64,000 bases of DNA from assembly GCA_030390025.1 (NCBI GenBank), contig CM059425.1:166658001-166722000 (forward strand). The letters are read 5' to 3'. The DNA is from Squalus acanthias (Eukaryota). The notes beneath the pieces are model-generated. The model was not told the DNA's origin and made no database searches. It saw only the letters and a program-made list of their open reading frames with translations. Shown one piece after another: positions 51,045-63,560 of the stretch (the first letter of the stretch is position 1; each line of letters opens with the position of its first letter). The translations under genes and the position numbers were made by a program.

Positions 51045-52869
51045 ATGGAGAGGGTGAGAGAACGCGCTCATCGCTTCACCGAGCGGGCCTTGGATGCTCT
51101 GGTTGACGCAGTGGAGCGCAGACGATGCATGCTGTTCCCGGAGAGTGGCAGGAGGCCTTTGCCACGCGAGTTCAGAAGAGTGTGGAGGGAGGTGGCTCAG
51201 AGCGTCTCCTCCAGGAGCATGGTGCCCAGGACCCATGTTCAATGCCGCAAAAAGTTCAACGACCTCACTCGGGTCGTCAGGGTGAGTGGCTTTTTCTCAA
51301 TACCTCTCCATCCCTCCATCTCAACCTCACTCTATGGCCAGAGGGTCTTAAAACCCCAATGCACAACACTCATCCAACACCTATGGCCCTTTCATCAAAC
51401 ACACACACACATTCTACACTTTGCATACAGTAAGGGCTATTCACCTATGGGAGGCACATCAGGCAAGACCATGGCTGTATATTGTAAGGGCTATTCACCT
51501 ATGGGAGGCACATCAGGCAAGACCATGGCTGTATATTTACTCAGATGCTGTCCTTTTTCTTGCAGGCTAAGCTGGCTCATAATTGGAGACAGCAGCAACG
51601 GACGGGTGGAGGGCAGCTTCAGCTGCAACCCCTCAGCGATCTGGAGGAGCGCGTCCACAGGATTGTGGCAAGCCGGGTGATCGGTCCCGTCGCCACTGGA
51701 GACGCCGACCCCGTTGTGGACAGCAATGGTAAGGTCATCACCTTTTTGTCCTCTGTCCTTCCACTTGTCCCTCACAATACCAGCCTTTGACACTTTCAAT
51801 CCAACTTGCTAACTCGCTGCACTTATTCCTCCCTTACTGCCACCCTGTCCTCACGCTAAAGCCACTCTTGTACCTCCCTGCTTTCAGATGGTGATTCACC
51901 AGCTGAGGAGACGGGCCCTCAAGCTGCCACTGGGAGTGATGCTGCAGCCGAGGAGGAAGAGGAAGCCGGAGCATCAGTGCCACCCTCTCCCGAGGAAGCC
52001 CATGCCCACACTGGGAACACGCCTTCCCCGGAGGGGAGCAGGGGGGAAGGGGCTGATGATGGTGAAGCTCCAGGACCCAGCGGGCTGCAGCAACGCCATG
52101 GGGGGGGGGTAGGGAAGAACGGGGGCCTTCTCCCCAGAGGGAGAGTATGCCAGACACTCCTACTGCAATGGACGCAGAGGAGGAGCGGCTGATTGCAGAA
52201 ATGAACAGCCAGGCGGTGGGCATGCACACTGAGCTCATGGGTGCAGTGGGAAGGGTGCCCGAATGCATTGAGTCACTGGCAAGGAGTGTGGAGCACTTCG
52301 CTGTAGCACAGGCGGATGCCACACTAACGCTTAGTGCTGCAATTCAGTCACTGGCTGCCGTGATCCCACCTCTGACTGCTCTCATACAGACTCAGATGGA
52401 GGCCACGCGAGCACAGACTGCTGCCAACCTCGATGGTTCGTGCACATGTCCCCGGGGCTGTCACCGCGCCGCAGCAGGCCAGCAATCTGTTCTCCGGCAG
52501 ATTGCTCCGGATGCTGAAGTGCTGCCCCGTGGGAGTGCCAGTGTGTCGAGCGAGCAGGGAGTTGCTGGCCTCTCTCATGATGACAGCATTCCTGCTGCCA
52601 ACACTGTCACTTCTCCACTGCACTTGCCACCGCCTGTAGGACAGACTGCTGCCGCCCATGCAGAGTTGGTGCAGTCTGCAGCCGGGCCCTCCAGGCCCAG
52701 AAGTGGTCGAGGCCGTCCTTCAGGGGCATCTGCAGTGTCAGGGTCTGACGAGCAGCAGCCTTCCACCAGCCTTGCTGCAGCCACTGAGGTCCCATTACGG
52801 AGGAGCAGCAGGGTTGGAAGGGGGGAAGTGCGCAAGGGAAGGAGATCACCCTCGAAGGGCAAAAAGTAG
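51045..52869 (+). CDS. Harbinger Myb/SANT-like protein; predicted exons 51045-51281, 51566-51728, 51888-52869; frameshift at poly-G near 52100-52110
   Basis: Same splice sites and peptides as copy 1. Confidence 0.8.
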
Positions 52870-53163
52870 GAGGTGTGCCAAAATGCTGGTCATTTTTTTA
52901 TTAAAGGCCGAGGGTCGTGGTCCAACTTTTGTTTAGTGTTTTGGACATTATCTCCAGGTTGTGAGAACCAGTTATGTTATTGACTGTTTTTTTGTGTTTA
53001 TTTCTATGAGTTTGTCATGAGGAATTGACACACACAGAGTTTGTAAAATAAATAAGTTTCTGTTTTCAAAATATACATGGCTGGTGCTTGGAATTATTGG
53101 TGCCTTGGCCGGCTTAGGGGTTGCGTGCTGGGTTGATTAGTGTTTGTAGCAATGGCAGGGGCC

Positions 53164-54315
53164 CTAGAAGCGGCTTGCTATTAGTCGTTGACGGACGGCC
53201 CTTGCAGTTTGACCATTGTGGGCCGCCCTCCCGCCTTGGTGCTGCTGATGATCATCGTCCTCATCCTCTTCCTCCTCCTCCTCTGGTGGTGCTACAAGGC
53301 CTGGTGGCATTGGCTGGGTCCTGAGGATTGCCATGTTGTGCAACATGCAGCACACGACTACGAAGTTCGAAACTTGCTCAGGCGAGTACTGCAGGGCTCC
53401 TCCGGAATGGTCCAGACAGCGGAACCGTTGTTTCAGCACGCCGATTGTGCGCTCAATAATGTTCCTGGTTGCTTGATGGCTTTCATTGTACCGCAGCTCA
53501 GCAGGGGTGTTTGGCGTACGGAGCGGTGTCATCAGACAGGTGCTCAATGCGTACCCCTTGTCCCCCAGAAGCCAACCAACTGGCTGATGCGGTGCCTCGA
53601 AAACTTCTGCCACAGTAGTCTGGCGCAGGATGAAAGCATCGTGGCAGCTGCCCGGATAGTGGGCATTGACAGCGAGTATCACCTGTCTGTGGTCACAGAC
53701 CAACTGCACATTCAAGGAATGGAACCCCTTCCTGTTCCTGAATTCCTCTGCATTCTCTCGCGGAGCACGCAAAGCCACATGCGTGCAGTCAATGGCGCCC
53801 TGCACCATGGGGAAGCCCGCTACCCTCGCAAAGCCCAGAGCACGGTCACGCTGCTTGTCTGGGGTCATAGGGAAAGAGATGAAGTCTCGTCTCCTTTTGA
53901 AGAGGGCATTGGTGACCTGACGGATGCAGCGATGCACCGCAAACTGGGAGATATTGGCGAGGTCCCCAGCAGCAGCTTGGAATGAGCCAGTGGCGTAGAA
54001 GTTCAAAGCCACTGTGACCTTCACTGCCACCGACAGAGACGTCCTGGACCTCAGCTGAGGCTGCAGATCTGGCTGCAGCAGGTGGCAGAGCTCAGTGACC
54101 ACCTCCTTGCTGAATCGCAGCCTCCGCAAACACAGCTCCTCGGACATATGGATGTAGGAGAGCTGTTCACGATATACCCTGGGAGGGTAAGCTCTCCTGT
54201 ACATGCGCCTGATGGCCCTCCTCCGTCTGGCCATCATTGCCACTCTCTGTCTGCGTCTCTGTATCCTCCGATTCAGCTGGAGCAGGACGACGCCCCCAAT
54301 CATTGCAGCCCCCAT
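53164..54315 (-). CDS. Harbinger transposase, intact
   Basis: GAIDCTH, GDKGY and IERTIG motifs; ATG (MGAAM) equivalent to copy 1. Confidence 0.95.
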   Translation of the reverse strand: MGAAMIGGVVLLQLNRRIQRRRQRVAMMARRRRAIRRMYRRAYPPRVYREQLSYIHMSEELCLRRLRFSKEVVTELCHLLQPDLQPQLRSRTSLSVAVKVTVALNFYATGSFQAAAGDLANISQFAVHRCIRQVTNALFKRRRDFISFPMTPDKQRDRALGFARVAGFPMVQGAIDCTHVALRAPRENAEEFRNRKGFHSLNVQLVCDHRQVILAVNAHYPGSCHDAFILRQTTVAEVFEAPHQPVGWLLGDKGYALSTCLMTPLRTPNTPAELRYNESHQATRNIIERTIGVLKQRFRCLDHSGGALQYSPEQVSNFVVVCCMLHNMAILRTQPMPPGLVAPPEEEEEEDEDDDHQQHQGGRAAHNGQTARAVRQRLIASRF

Positions 54316-55013
54316 ATTCTCTTTGCCAGAAAAGTAATGAGGTACAGCAACTAAAGTAGCAACAAAGTTAGGATGAATAGGCAAAACTACCTCACAAAGC
54401 GTTGAGTCAATGTAGAAGTCTCTCTCTCTCTCTCCCCGAATCTCTCTCTCTCTCTCAGAATGAGTGGTGCATAAATGTCGACCACAGAAAAAGACAGGAA
54501 GAGGCCCCCTTTAAATAGCGCCCCCCCCAGCCCCACACCGATTGATAACGTTCCAGTCTTCCGGTCGTTGGAAGCGCCAGGCGGTAAGGCAGGGGGCGCC
54601 ACTCAATTTCCGCTACGGGGCGCCCCAAGGGCGTTGCACCATGGAATGACGTCACAATCTGCGCGCGCAGGTGGTCGCAGCGGTAAGTTTTAGCGCCGCC
54701 GCACAATCTCAAGTTAAGTTCTCGAGCGGCGCAAACAGCGCTGCGCCCGGGCGTTAGCGGCTTAACGCCCCATTAGCGCCCTCTTAAGGCGCTAACGGGA
54801 GGCGCAACCAAGTGAATTTTTACCCCAAAGCCTTCAAGCTTGTTTTTTTAATGCTCTCAGACCTATATGAATTATTATTTACTGTGACCATGTTTGATTT
54901 AAACTATTGAGTTCTTTGCCTTCTACTTTTGTTTGTCTCCTTCCTGTCTTTTGCTTTTATCCTTGTTTCCCTTTCCTCTGTCTCCCTGCTCAGGTTCCCA
55001 ACCCCCTGCCACT

Positions 55014-55963
55014 TTAGTTTAAACCATCCCCAACAGCACTAGCAAACACTCCCCCTAGGACATCGGTCCCGGCCCTGCCCAGGTGCAGACCGTCCCGTTT
55101 GTACTGGTCCCACCTCCCCCAGAACCGGTTCCAATGTCCAAGGAATTTGAATCCCTCCCCCTTGCACCATTCCTCTAGCCACGTATTCATTTGAAATATC
55201 CTCCTATTTCTACTCTGACTAACACGTGGCACTGGTAGCAATCCTGAGATTACTACCTTTGAGGTCCTATTTTTTAATTTACCTCCTAACTCCCTATATT
55301 CTGCTTTTAGGACCTCATCCCGTTTTTTACCTATATCGTTGATGCCTATGTGCACCACGACAACTGGCTGTTCGCCCTTCCCCTCCAAAATGTTCTGTAG
55401 CCGCTCTGAGATGTCCTTGACCCTTGCACCAGGGAGGCAGCACACCATCCTGGAGTTTCGTTTGCGGCCGCAGAAACACCTATCTATTCCCCTTACAATT
55501 GAATCCCCTGTCACTATAGCTCTTCCACACTTTTTCCTCCCAGCCTGTGCAGCAGAGCCACCCATGGTGCCAGGAAGTTGGCTGCTGCTGCCTTCCCCTG
55601 ATAAGTCATCCACCCCAACAGCATCCAAGTGGTATATCTGTTTGAGAGGGGGATGGCCACAGGGGACCCCTGCACTACCTGCCTGCACCTCTTACTCTGC
55701 CTGGTGGTCACCCATTCACTTCCTGCCTGTACACCCTTTACCTGCGGTGTGACCAACTCACTAAACGTGTTATCCACGACGTTCTCAGCGTCGCAAATGC
55801 TCCAATCTGCATCGATCCGCTGCTCCAGCGCCGCAATGCGGTCCATCAGTAGCTGCAGCTGGATACACTTCCCACACACATGGTCATCAGGGACACAGGA
55901 AGCATCCCTGATTTCCCACATATAGCTGGAGGAGCATATCACGGGGCGGAGCTCTCCTGCCAT
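55014..55963 (-). pseudogene. CR1 ORF1 (Zn-finger/coiled coil plus SGNH esterase-like), frameshifted
   Basis: CSS..VCGKC, PLSNRY, GDSIVRG, HIGIND and DGLHL motifs. Confidence 0.85.
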
Positions 55964-56240
55964 GACTTACCCTTTAATTAATTAATTAAAATTAAAATAA
56001 ATGAATCCCACCAATTTCACTTCAATTAAATGATATACTCAAGGGCCCTTGTTTAACAGCAGTCCCCGCTACACCACAGAGACTCTAGAAACTATAAACC
56101 ACAGAATTTAAGTATGGAAAAAAGGAGAAAGAGAGAAATACTCACCAGCCAATCACTTACCTGCTTTCTGGTGACGTCACACTTCGATTACTTTTTCCTT
56201 CTGTCTCCCGCTCTGAGATTGGTAAACCTACCTGTTCCTC

Positions 56241-56462
56241 GGGCTCGCCTTTATACCCTGCCGCCGCCGCTCCTCCTAGGTCCGCACCGCCGCTGCTGTG
56301 GGCCTACCTGCTCCTTGGGCTCGCCTTTATACCCTGCCGCCGCCGCTCCTCCTAGGTCCGCACCGCCGCTGCTGTGGGCCTACCTGGTCCTCGGGCTCGC
56401 CTTTATACTCTGCCCTGCTCCTTGGGCTCGCTTTTATACTCTGACGCTGCCACACCTCCTAG
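56241..56462 (-). repeat. About 76-bp GC-rich tandem monomers in the CR1 5' UTR, each with TATAAA
   Basis: GGGCTCGCCTTTATAC units at about 56241, 56317 and 56393, plus a partial copy. Confidence 0.8.
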
Positions 56463-58123
56463 GTCCAACAGGTACGAGGTACGTGCTGCCTGTATGGATG
56501 ATAACAAGGACTGCTGGGAGGATGGGCAAACTGACCACAGCACCATGGTACAGGAGGCCATTCAAGTGGGGGGAGTAAAAAGGAATGTGGTAGTGGTAGG
56601 TGACAGTATAGTCAGGGGGATAGATACAGTTCTCTGCAGCTGCAACAGGGAGTACCGCAGGCTGTGTTGCCTGCCAGGGTGAAAGACATCTCCTTGCGGC
56701 TGGAGAAGAACTTGGAGTGGGAAGGGGAGGATCCAGTTGTCGTGGTCCATGTAGGAACCAACGACAAAGGTAGAACTAGGAATGAGGTTCTGCTGAGAGA
56801 GTTTGAGGAGTTAGGGTCCAAATTAAAAAGTAGAACCTCAAAGGTAATAATCTCTGGATTATTACCTGAGCCACGCGCCAATTGGCATAGGGATAAGCAG
56901 ATTAGAGAGTTAATTGCATGGCAGAAAGAGTGGTGTGGGAGGCAGGGGTTTCGCTTCATGGGCCACTGGTACCAGTACTGGGGAAAGAGGGAGCTGTTCC
57001 GTTGGGACGGGCTCCACTTAAAGTGGGCTGGAACCAGTGTCCTGGCGAATCGAATAACTAGGGCAGTAGACAGGGCGTTAAACTAATGAAGGGGGGTGGG
57101 AGGATTCAGGAAAGAGTAGATTTAAAAACAGCAAGGGAAATGTGAAGGCTCTGGAGCAGAGCAGAGTTTTGTGTAAAAATAAGCAGAGTGGGTCAGGAAG
57201 GGACAGAGAGAGTAACAGAGGTAATAGGGCATCACTGACTAAAGTGACATCAGGGAAAAATAGAAAAAATTCAAAGCTAAAGGCACTATATCTGAATGCA
57301 TGAAGCATTTGCAAATAAATAGATTAATTAATAATGCAGATAAAAATTAATAGGTTTGATCTAATAGCCATTACGTAGACATGGTTGCAAAGTGACCAAG
57401 GTTGGGAACTAAATATTTCAGGATACTTAACTTTTGGAAGAGATAGGCAAAATGGAAAAGGAGGTGGGGTAGCCCTGATAATAAAGGATGGGATAAATAC
57501 AGTGTAGAGAAAGGATCGTAGCTCGGAAAATCAAGAAGTAGAATCAGTTTGGGTGGAGCTAAGAAACAGCAAGGGGCAGAAAACATTGGTGGGAGTTGTT
57601 TATAGGCCCCCAAACAGTAGTTGTAATGTAGGGCAGAGTATAAATCAGGAAATTAGAGGCGCATGTAACAAGGGTAATACAGTAATCATGGGGGACTTTA
57701 ATCTGCATATAGACTGGGCAAACCAAATCTGCAGTAATAGTGTGGAGGACGAATTCATGGAATGTATACAAGCTAGTTTTCTGGATCAGTATGTTGAGGA
57801 ACCAACTAGGGAACAGGTTATTTTAGATCTAGTATTGTGCAATGAGAAAGGGTTAATTAATAACCTTGTAGTAAAGGGGCCCTTAGGGAAGAGTGACCAT
57901 AATATGGTAGAATTTTATATTGAGTTTGAAAGTGATTTAGTTAAGTCAGAAACTAGGTTCTTAAATCTAAACATAGCAAATTACGTAGGTATGAGGGGCA
58001 AGTTGGCTAAGGTAGATTGGGAAACTACATTAAAAGGTATGATGGTAGACGTGCAATGGCTAGCATTTAAAGAATGAATACATAATTTACAACAAATATA
58101 CATTCCTTTAAAGCACAAAAATC

Positions 58124-58927
58124 TGTGTAAACAAATGTGAGGTCATTCACTTTGGACCTAAAAAGGATAGAACAGGGTACTTTCTAAATGGTAAAAAGCT
58201 AAAAACAGTGGATGTCCAAAGAGACTTGGGGGTTCAGGTACATAGTTCATTAAAATGTCATGAACAGGTACAGAAAAGAATCAAAAAGCCTAATGGAATG
58301 CTGGCCTTTATATCTAGAGGTCGAGAGTACAAAGGGGCAGAAGTTATGCTGCAGCTATACAAAACCCTGGTTAGGCCACACCTGGAGTACTGCGAGCAGT
58401 TCTGGGCACCACATCTTAGGAAGGATATATTGGCCTTGGAGGGAGTGCAGCGTAGGTTTACCAGAATGATACCTGGACTTCAAGGGTTAAATTACGAGGA
58501 GAGATTACACAAATTAGGGTTATATTCCCTAGAATTTAGAAGATTAAGGGGTGATCTGATCGAAGTTTTCAGGATATTATGGGGAACAGATAGGGTAGAT
58601 AGAGATAAACTATTTCTGCCGGTTGGGGATTCTAGGACTAGGGGGCATAGTCTAAAAATTGGAGCCAAACCTTTCAGGAGTGAAATTAGGAAACACTTCT
58701 ACACACAAAGGGTGGTAGAAGTTTGGAACTCTCTTCCCTAAATGGCAATTGATGCTAGATCAATTGTTAATTTTAAATCAGAGATTGATAGCTTTTTGTT
58801 AACCAAAGGTATTAAGAGATGGGCCAAAGGCAGGTATATGGAGTTAGATCACAGATCAGCCATGATCTCATCGAATGGTGGAACAGGCTCGAGGGGCTGA
58901 ATGGCCTACTCCTGTTCCGATGTTCCT
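58124..58927 (+). mobile_element. 5'-truncated CR1 nested in the outer CR1 ORF2
   Basis: 7-bp TSD AAAAATC at 58117-58123 and 58928-58934; RT C-terminus and tail. Confidence 0.9.
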
Positions 58928-59270
58928 AAAAATCCCACAGGAAAATTGGTCCAACCGTGGCTAACAAGAGAATTTAAAGATAGTACTAGCTCAAAGGAAG
59001 AGGTTTATAATGTTGCCAAAAAGAATGGTAAGCCTGAGGATTGGGAGGATTTTAGAATTCAGCAAAGGAGGACCAAGAAATTGATAAGGAAAGAGAAACA
59101 AGAATATGAGAGTAAATTAGCAAGAGACATAAAAACAGATTGTAAACGTTTCTATAGGTATGTAATTAGGGAGAGATTAGTGAACGTAAACGTGGGCCCA
59201 TTAAAGGCAGAGACAGGAGAAATTATAATGGGCAATGAGGAAATGGCAGAGACATTAAACAAATACTATA

Positions 59271-60138
59271 GTGCTGGATTTTACCAGCCCTGGGGAGGTG
59301 GGTTTGGAGGTGGGACTGCTGGGAAAATGGGAAAAATTGGAAGCAGGTCCCAACCCTGCTCCCAACCCGCCTCCGAACCATCTTCCTGGGAGGCGGGTCC
59401 CCGACTCGCGCAGGGACCCGTCTCCTAGCGGCGGGAAGGGGATTAGAGTCAATTAACTGCCTGTTAACAGATAGTTAACAGGCAGTTAAGAGGCTTTTCA
59501 CCATTTTCCGGCTGCTGATGCGGCCTTCCCGATGGCGGGAAACCCCGCCAGGGTCGGCGAGACAAACTGTGGGTCTGCTGCAGTGTAAGTGTGCAAATGA
59601 CAGCTGCAGAGGCAGTGTGATGGGTGCAATGGTGCACAGGTAAGTATGACAGGTGAGAGATTGTAGTGAGAAATATTTTTATTCTGTTTATATGTATCTG
59701 CAGGTGATAAGATTTGATGTTTCTGTGAAGCCTCATCTGATCGGGAGAATTGACAGATGGCTTTTGCAATCTCACATGCAGCTGCCATCTGTTTTCTCCT
59801 AAGGAGAGAGTCATTGGTGAGCCTAGGTGCAAGGGCTCACCTTTGGGCAGTGATTGTCAGTGTTTGACAGCACCTCAATGCTGTCAAACACTGACAATTC
59901 ATCTGTCAAAAAATTATGGGGCCTGTCCCTTTAAGAAAGCCGGCTGATGAAGCGTCATGCACTGACGTCATCTGACACCAGCTTTCCCTTAATTGGCCGG
60001 CAAGCCCGCAGGGCGGGCTTAACAAGGCCAATCAAGGGAAAATAACGCCTATTCGTCAGAACGTCGCTGGGGGCGGGACTAGAACCCGGAAACCAGCAGT
60101 CCCGCCCCCAACGCGCCTCCTCAGGTAAGGTCGCGGCC
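59271..60138. mobile_element. Harbinger-type MITE with degenerate ends
   Basis: GTGCTGGATTTTACCAGCCC start; similar to the 7521 and 60788 family. The CR1 rejoins as AAATAC-TTT-GTATCTG. Confidence 0.75.
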
Positions 60139-60787
60139 TTTGTATCTGTCTTCACGATAAAAGACACAAAAAACATTCCGTAAGTAATGGGGAACCAAGT
60201 GTCTAGAAAGAATGAGGATCTTAAAGAAATCAATATAAGTAAAGACGTAGCACTGGAGAAATTAATGGGACTAAGTGGCGACAAATCCCCGGGACCTGAT
60301 GACCTACATCCTAGGATTTTAAAAGAGGTGGCTGCAGAGATAGTGGATTCACTGGTATTAATCTTCCAGAATTCCCTAGATTCTAGAACAGTCCCCAAGG
60401 ATTGGAAGCTAGCAAACATAACCCCGCTATTTAAGAAAGGAGGAAGAGAAAAAATGGGGAACTTCAAAAAGCATTCGATAAGGTGCCACACAAGAGGCTA
60501 TTACACAAAGGTAGGACTCATGGGGTTGGGGGTAATATATTAGCATGGATTGAGGATTGGTTAATGGACAGAAATCAGAGAGTAGGAATAAACGGGACTT
60601 TTTCGGGTTGGCAGGCTGTAACTAGTGGGGTACCGCAAGGATCAGTGCTTGGGCCTCAGCTATTTACAATCTATATTAATGACTTAGATGAAGGGACTGA
60701 ATGTAACGTATCCAAGTTTGCTGATGATACAAAGTAGGTGGGAAAGTAAGCTGGGAGGAGGATGCAAAGAGGCTGCAGAGAGATATA

Positions 60788-61594
60788 GGGCTGGATTTTG
60801 CCAGCCCTGGGGAGGCGGGACTGCTGGGAAAATGGCAGAATTTGGGGGCGGGTGCCCAACCCGCCTCTGGGCCATCTTGCCAGGAGGCTGGTAGCCGTCC
60901 CGTACCGGGTCCCGTCTCCTTGGAGGCGGGAAGGGATTACAGCCACTTAACTGCCTGTTAACAGGTAGTTAACAAGCAGATAAGAGGATTATCCCCATTT
61001 TGCCCTCACAAGTGCGGGCTTCCTGAAGGCTCCGAAACCCACCAGGGTCACCGAGGCGAGTAGTGGGTCTGCGGGGGTCGGAGGGGTGCAAAAGTGCGCT
61101 GTGCAGGTAAGTGATGGGTGCAAGTGTGGAGAGGTGAGTATGTGAGGTAAGTGGAAAGTGTTAGAAAAAGTGTACTTACCTGCAGGCTTCAATCAGTGGG
61201 GATGCGGAGAGTCTCGCACATCCGCGGCAGAGATGACAGATGGCCGTTGCATTCTCCAATGCAGCAACAGTCTAATTTCTGCAAAAGAGGTTTGATGAGG
61301 TCTTGAATTCAAGAACTCATCAAACTGCAGAGAATGTCAGTGTTTGACAGCTTCACAGAGCTGTCAAACGATGACAATTCATCTGTCAAAAATTTTTGAT
61401 AGATGAAACGTCATACGTTGACGTTCACTGGAACCGGCTTTCCCTTAATTGGCCTGCTAAACCCACTGGGTGGGCTTAACAAGGTCAATCAAGGAAAAAT
61501 AGCGTGGGCTGGCCAGAAGTTGATGGAGGCGGGACTGAAACCCAACAAGTAGGAGTCCCGCCTCCAAAAGCTCCCCATTGGCAAAATCCAGCCC
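60788..61594. mobile_element. Harbinger-type MITE (807 bp)
   Basis: Perfect TIR GGGCTGGATTTTGCCA; ATA TSD. Confidence 0.9.
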
Positions 61595-63119
61595 ATAGAC
61601 AGGTTGACTGGGCAAGAACATGGAAAATGGAATACAATGTGGGGAAGTGTGAAGTTATCCACTTTGGTAGGAAAAACAAAAAAGCAGAATATTTTTTGAA
61701 TGGTGATAGACTGGGAAATGTTTGCATTCAGAGGGACTTGGGTGTCCTTGTACATGAATCACAGAATGTTAACATGCAGGTACAGCAAGCAGTTAGGAAA
61801 GCAAATGGTATGTTAGCTTTTGTTGCAAAGGGATTAGAGTATAAGAGTAATCAAGTCTTACTACAATTATACAGGGCATTGGTAAGGCCACACCTGGAGT
61901 GCTGTGTACAGTTCTGGTCTCCTTACCTAAGGAAAGACATGCTTGCCTTAGAGGCCGTGCAACAAATGTTCACTAGACTGGTTCCGGGGATGAGGGAATT
62001 GCCCTATGAGGAGAGATTGAGTAGACTAGGCCTATATTCCCTAGAGTTTAGAAGAATGAGAGGTGATCTAATTGAAACATATAAAATTCTTAACGGTTTG
62101 ACGGGGTTAATGCTGAGAAAATGTTTCCCCTGGCTGAACCCTGAATCTAGAACACAGGGTCACAGTCTCAGAATAAGGGCTTGGCCATTTAGGACTGAGA
62201 TGAGGAGAAATTTCCTCACTCAAATGGTTGTGAATCTTTGGAATTCTCTACCCCAGAGAGCTGTGGATGCTCATCATTGAGTATATTCAAGACAGAGTTC
62301 GATAAATTGTTGGGAACTAAGGGAATTAAGGGATGTGGGGATAGTGTGGGAAGGTGGCGTTGAGGTAGAAGATCAGCCATGATCTTGTTGAATGGTGGAG
62401 CAGGCTCGAAGGGCCAAATGGCCTACTCCAGCTCCTATTTCTTATGTTCTCTGCTTTAAATGTTTATCTACTTTTCCATTAAAAGATACAATGGCCTCTG
62501 TCTCAATTATTCTAGCTTGAAAAGAAGGAATATTAAAAGTTATGGGGAGCTTGCAGAAAAGTGGGTGCAATTACTATGCAACTTATCAGGACAAAATATA
62601 GCATAGTCAAATGTGAATTGTGATGTGTCATATTCTTTAATTATGGGAAATATACTAATGGTTCTAGTAAACACAGTTTTATTTACTTCAGTTGCAGAAT
62701 GTTCTGTTTAATTAAGGCCCTGAGTTTTGTTATTTATATGACCTATTAAGTGACTCATGGGTGTAATTGCTTGTGTGATGAAATGTTTCCCCCATGAATC
62801 ATTAAATAACTCATATTTGAAAAAATGTTTATGGGATATTTATGTGATTATAATTGTAACCAAACACCAGAAAATCTGTAACTGGATTATATAAAGCCTT
62901 GTATAGTCAGCCTATTAGACTGACAGAGACAGTTGCTTGTAGTTTTGTGGCTGTGATTACTGGGGCTCTGAGCCGTCAGTCCTACAATCAAGTCACTGGC
63001 CCTGAAATTCTATGGTCTTCCAGCCCATTCCTGCTGTAGCTTCAGCAGGAGCATACAGGAATGACCAGAAACTAGGCTGGGATCCAGATACCGGGTCTCA
63101 CCTAAATGCTGGCTTGCTG

Positions 63120-63560
63120 AGCCAAGTCCCGCTCACCTATCACTCCTGTCCATGTTGACCTAGTTTGGCTCCCGGACCTCCAAAACCTTCAATATAATAT
63201 TTTAATCCTTGTGTCTAATTCCGTTCATGGCCTCGTTTCTCCCTACCTCTGTAACCTCCTCCAGCCCTACAGCCCCACAGAGTTCTCTGTTCTTCCGACT
63301 CTGGCCTCTTGTGGATCCCTCTCTACCTTTGCCTCACTACTGACAGGCATCCCTACATCCATCTATGTTCCAAGCTCTGGAATTCTCTCCCTAAAATCCC
63401 TCCACCTCTCTGCTTCCTTCTCTTCCTTTAAGACCTTCCTTAAAACCCACCTCTCCCCTCCTAAATCTCTTTCTTTCGCTTGGCATCCATTTTTTGTACA
63501 ATCACAACTCTGTGAAGCACCTTGAGACGTTTTTCAACACGCCATGTAAAGGCAAGTTGT
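63120..63560 (+). repeat. L2-like LINE 3' fragment
   Basis: PITPV...L.WL, PYLCNLLQPY and FKTFLKTHL motifs; TGTGAAGCACCTTGAG 3' end. Confidence 0.65.

Larger units (their letters stand above)
50688..54826. mobile_element. PIF/Harbinger DNA transposon, full length, family A copy 2
   Basis: TIRs GGGGTAGAAATT / AATTTTTACCCC; AAA TSD at 50685-50687 and 54827-54829. Near-identical to 2158-6446. Confidence 0.95.
47791..56462 (-). mobile_element. Near-full-length CR1 (inner): 5' UTR, ORF1, ORF2 and tail; interrupted by Harbinger A copy 2
   Basis: ORF2 pieces across 47892-50687 (APE GDFN and SDH motifs, RT FADD), ORF1 at 55014-55963, (CTATGTTT)n tail at 47791. Confidence 0.9.
47490..62450 (+). mobile_element. 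Degenerate near-full-length CR1 (outer), hosting several nested insertions
   Basis: ORF1 rejoins as EEPQSLTL|SNRYEV across 47790/56463. SGNH motifs GDS, GTND and DGLH, then APE, RT and a tail at about 62450. Confidence 0.8.
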
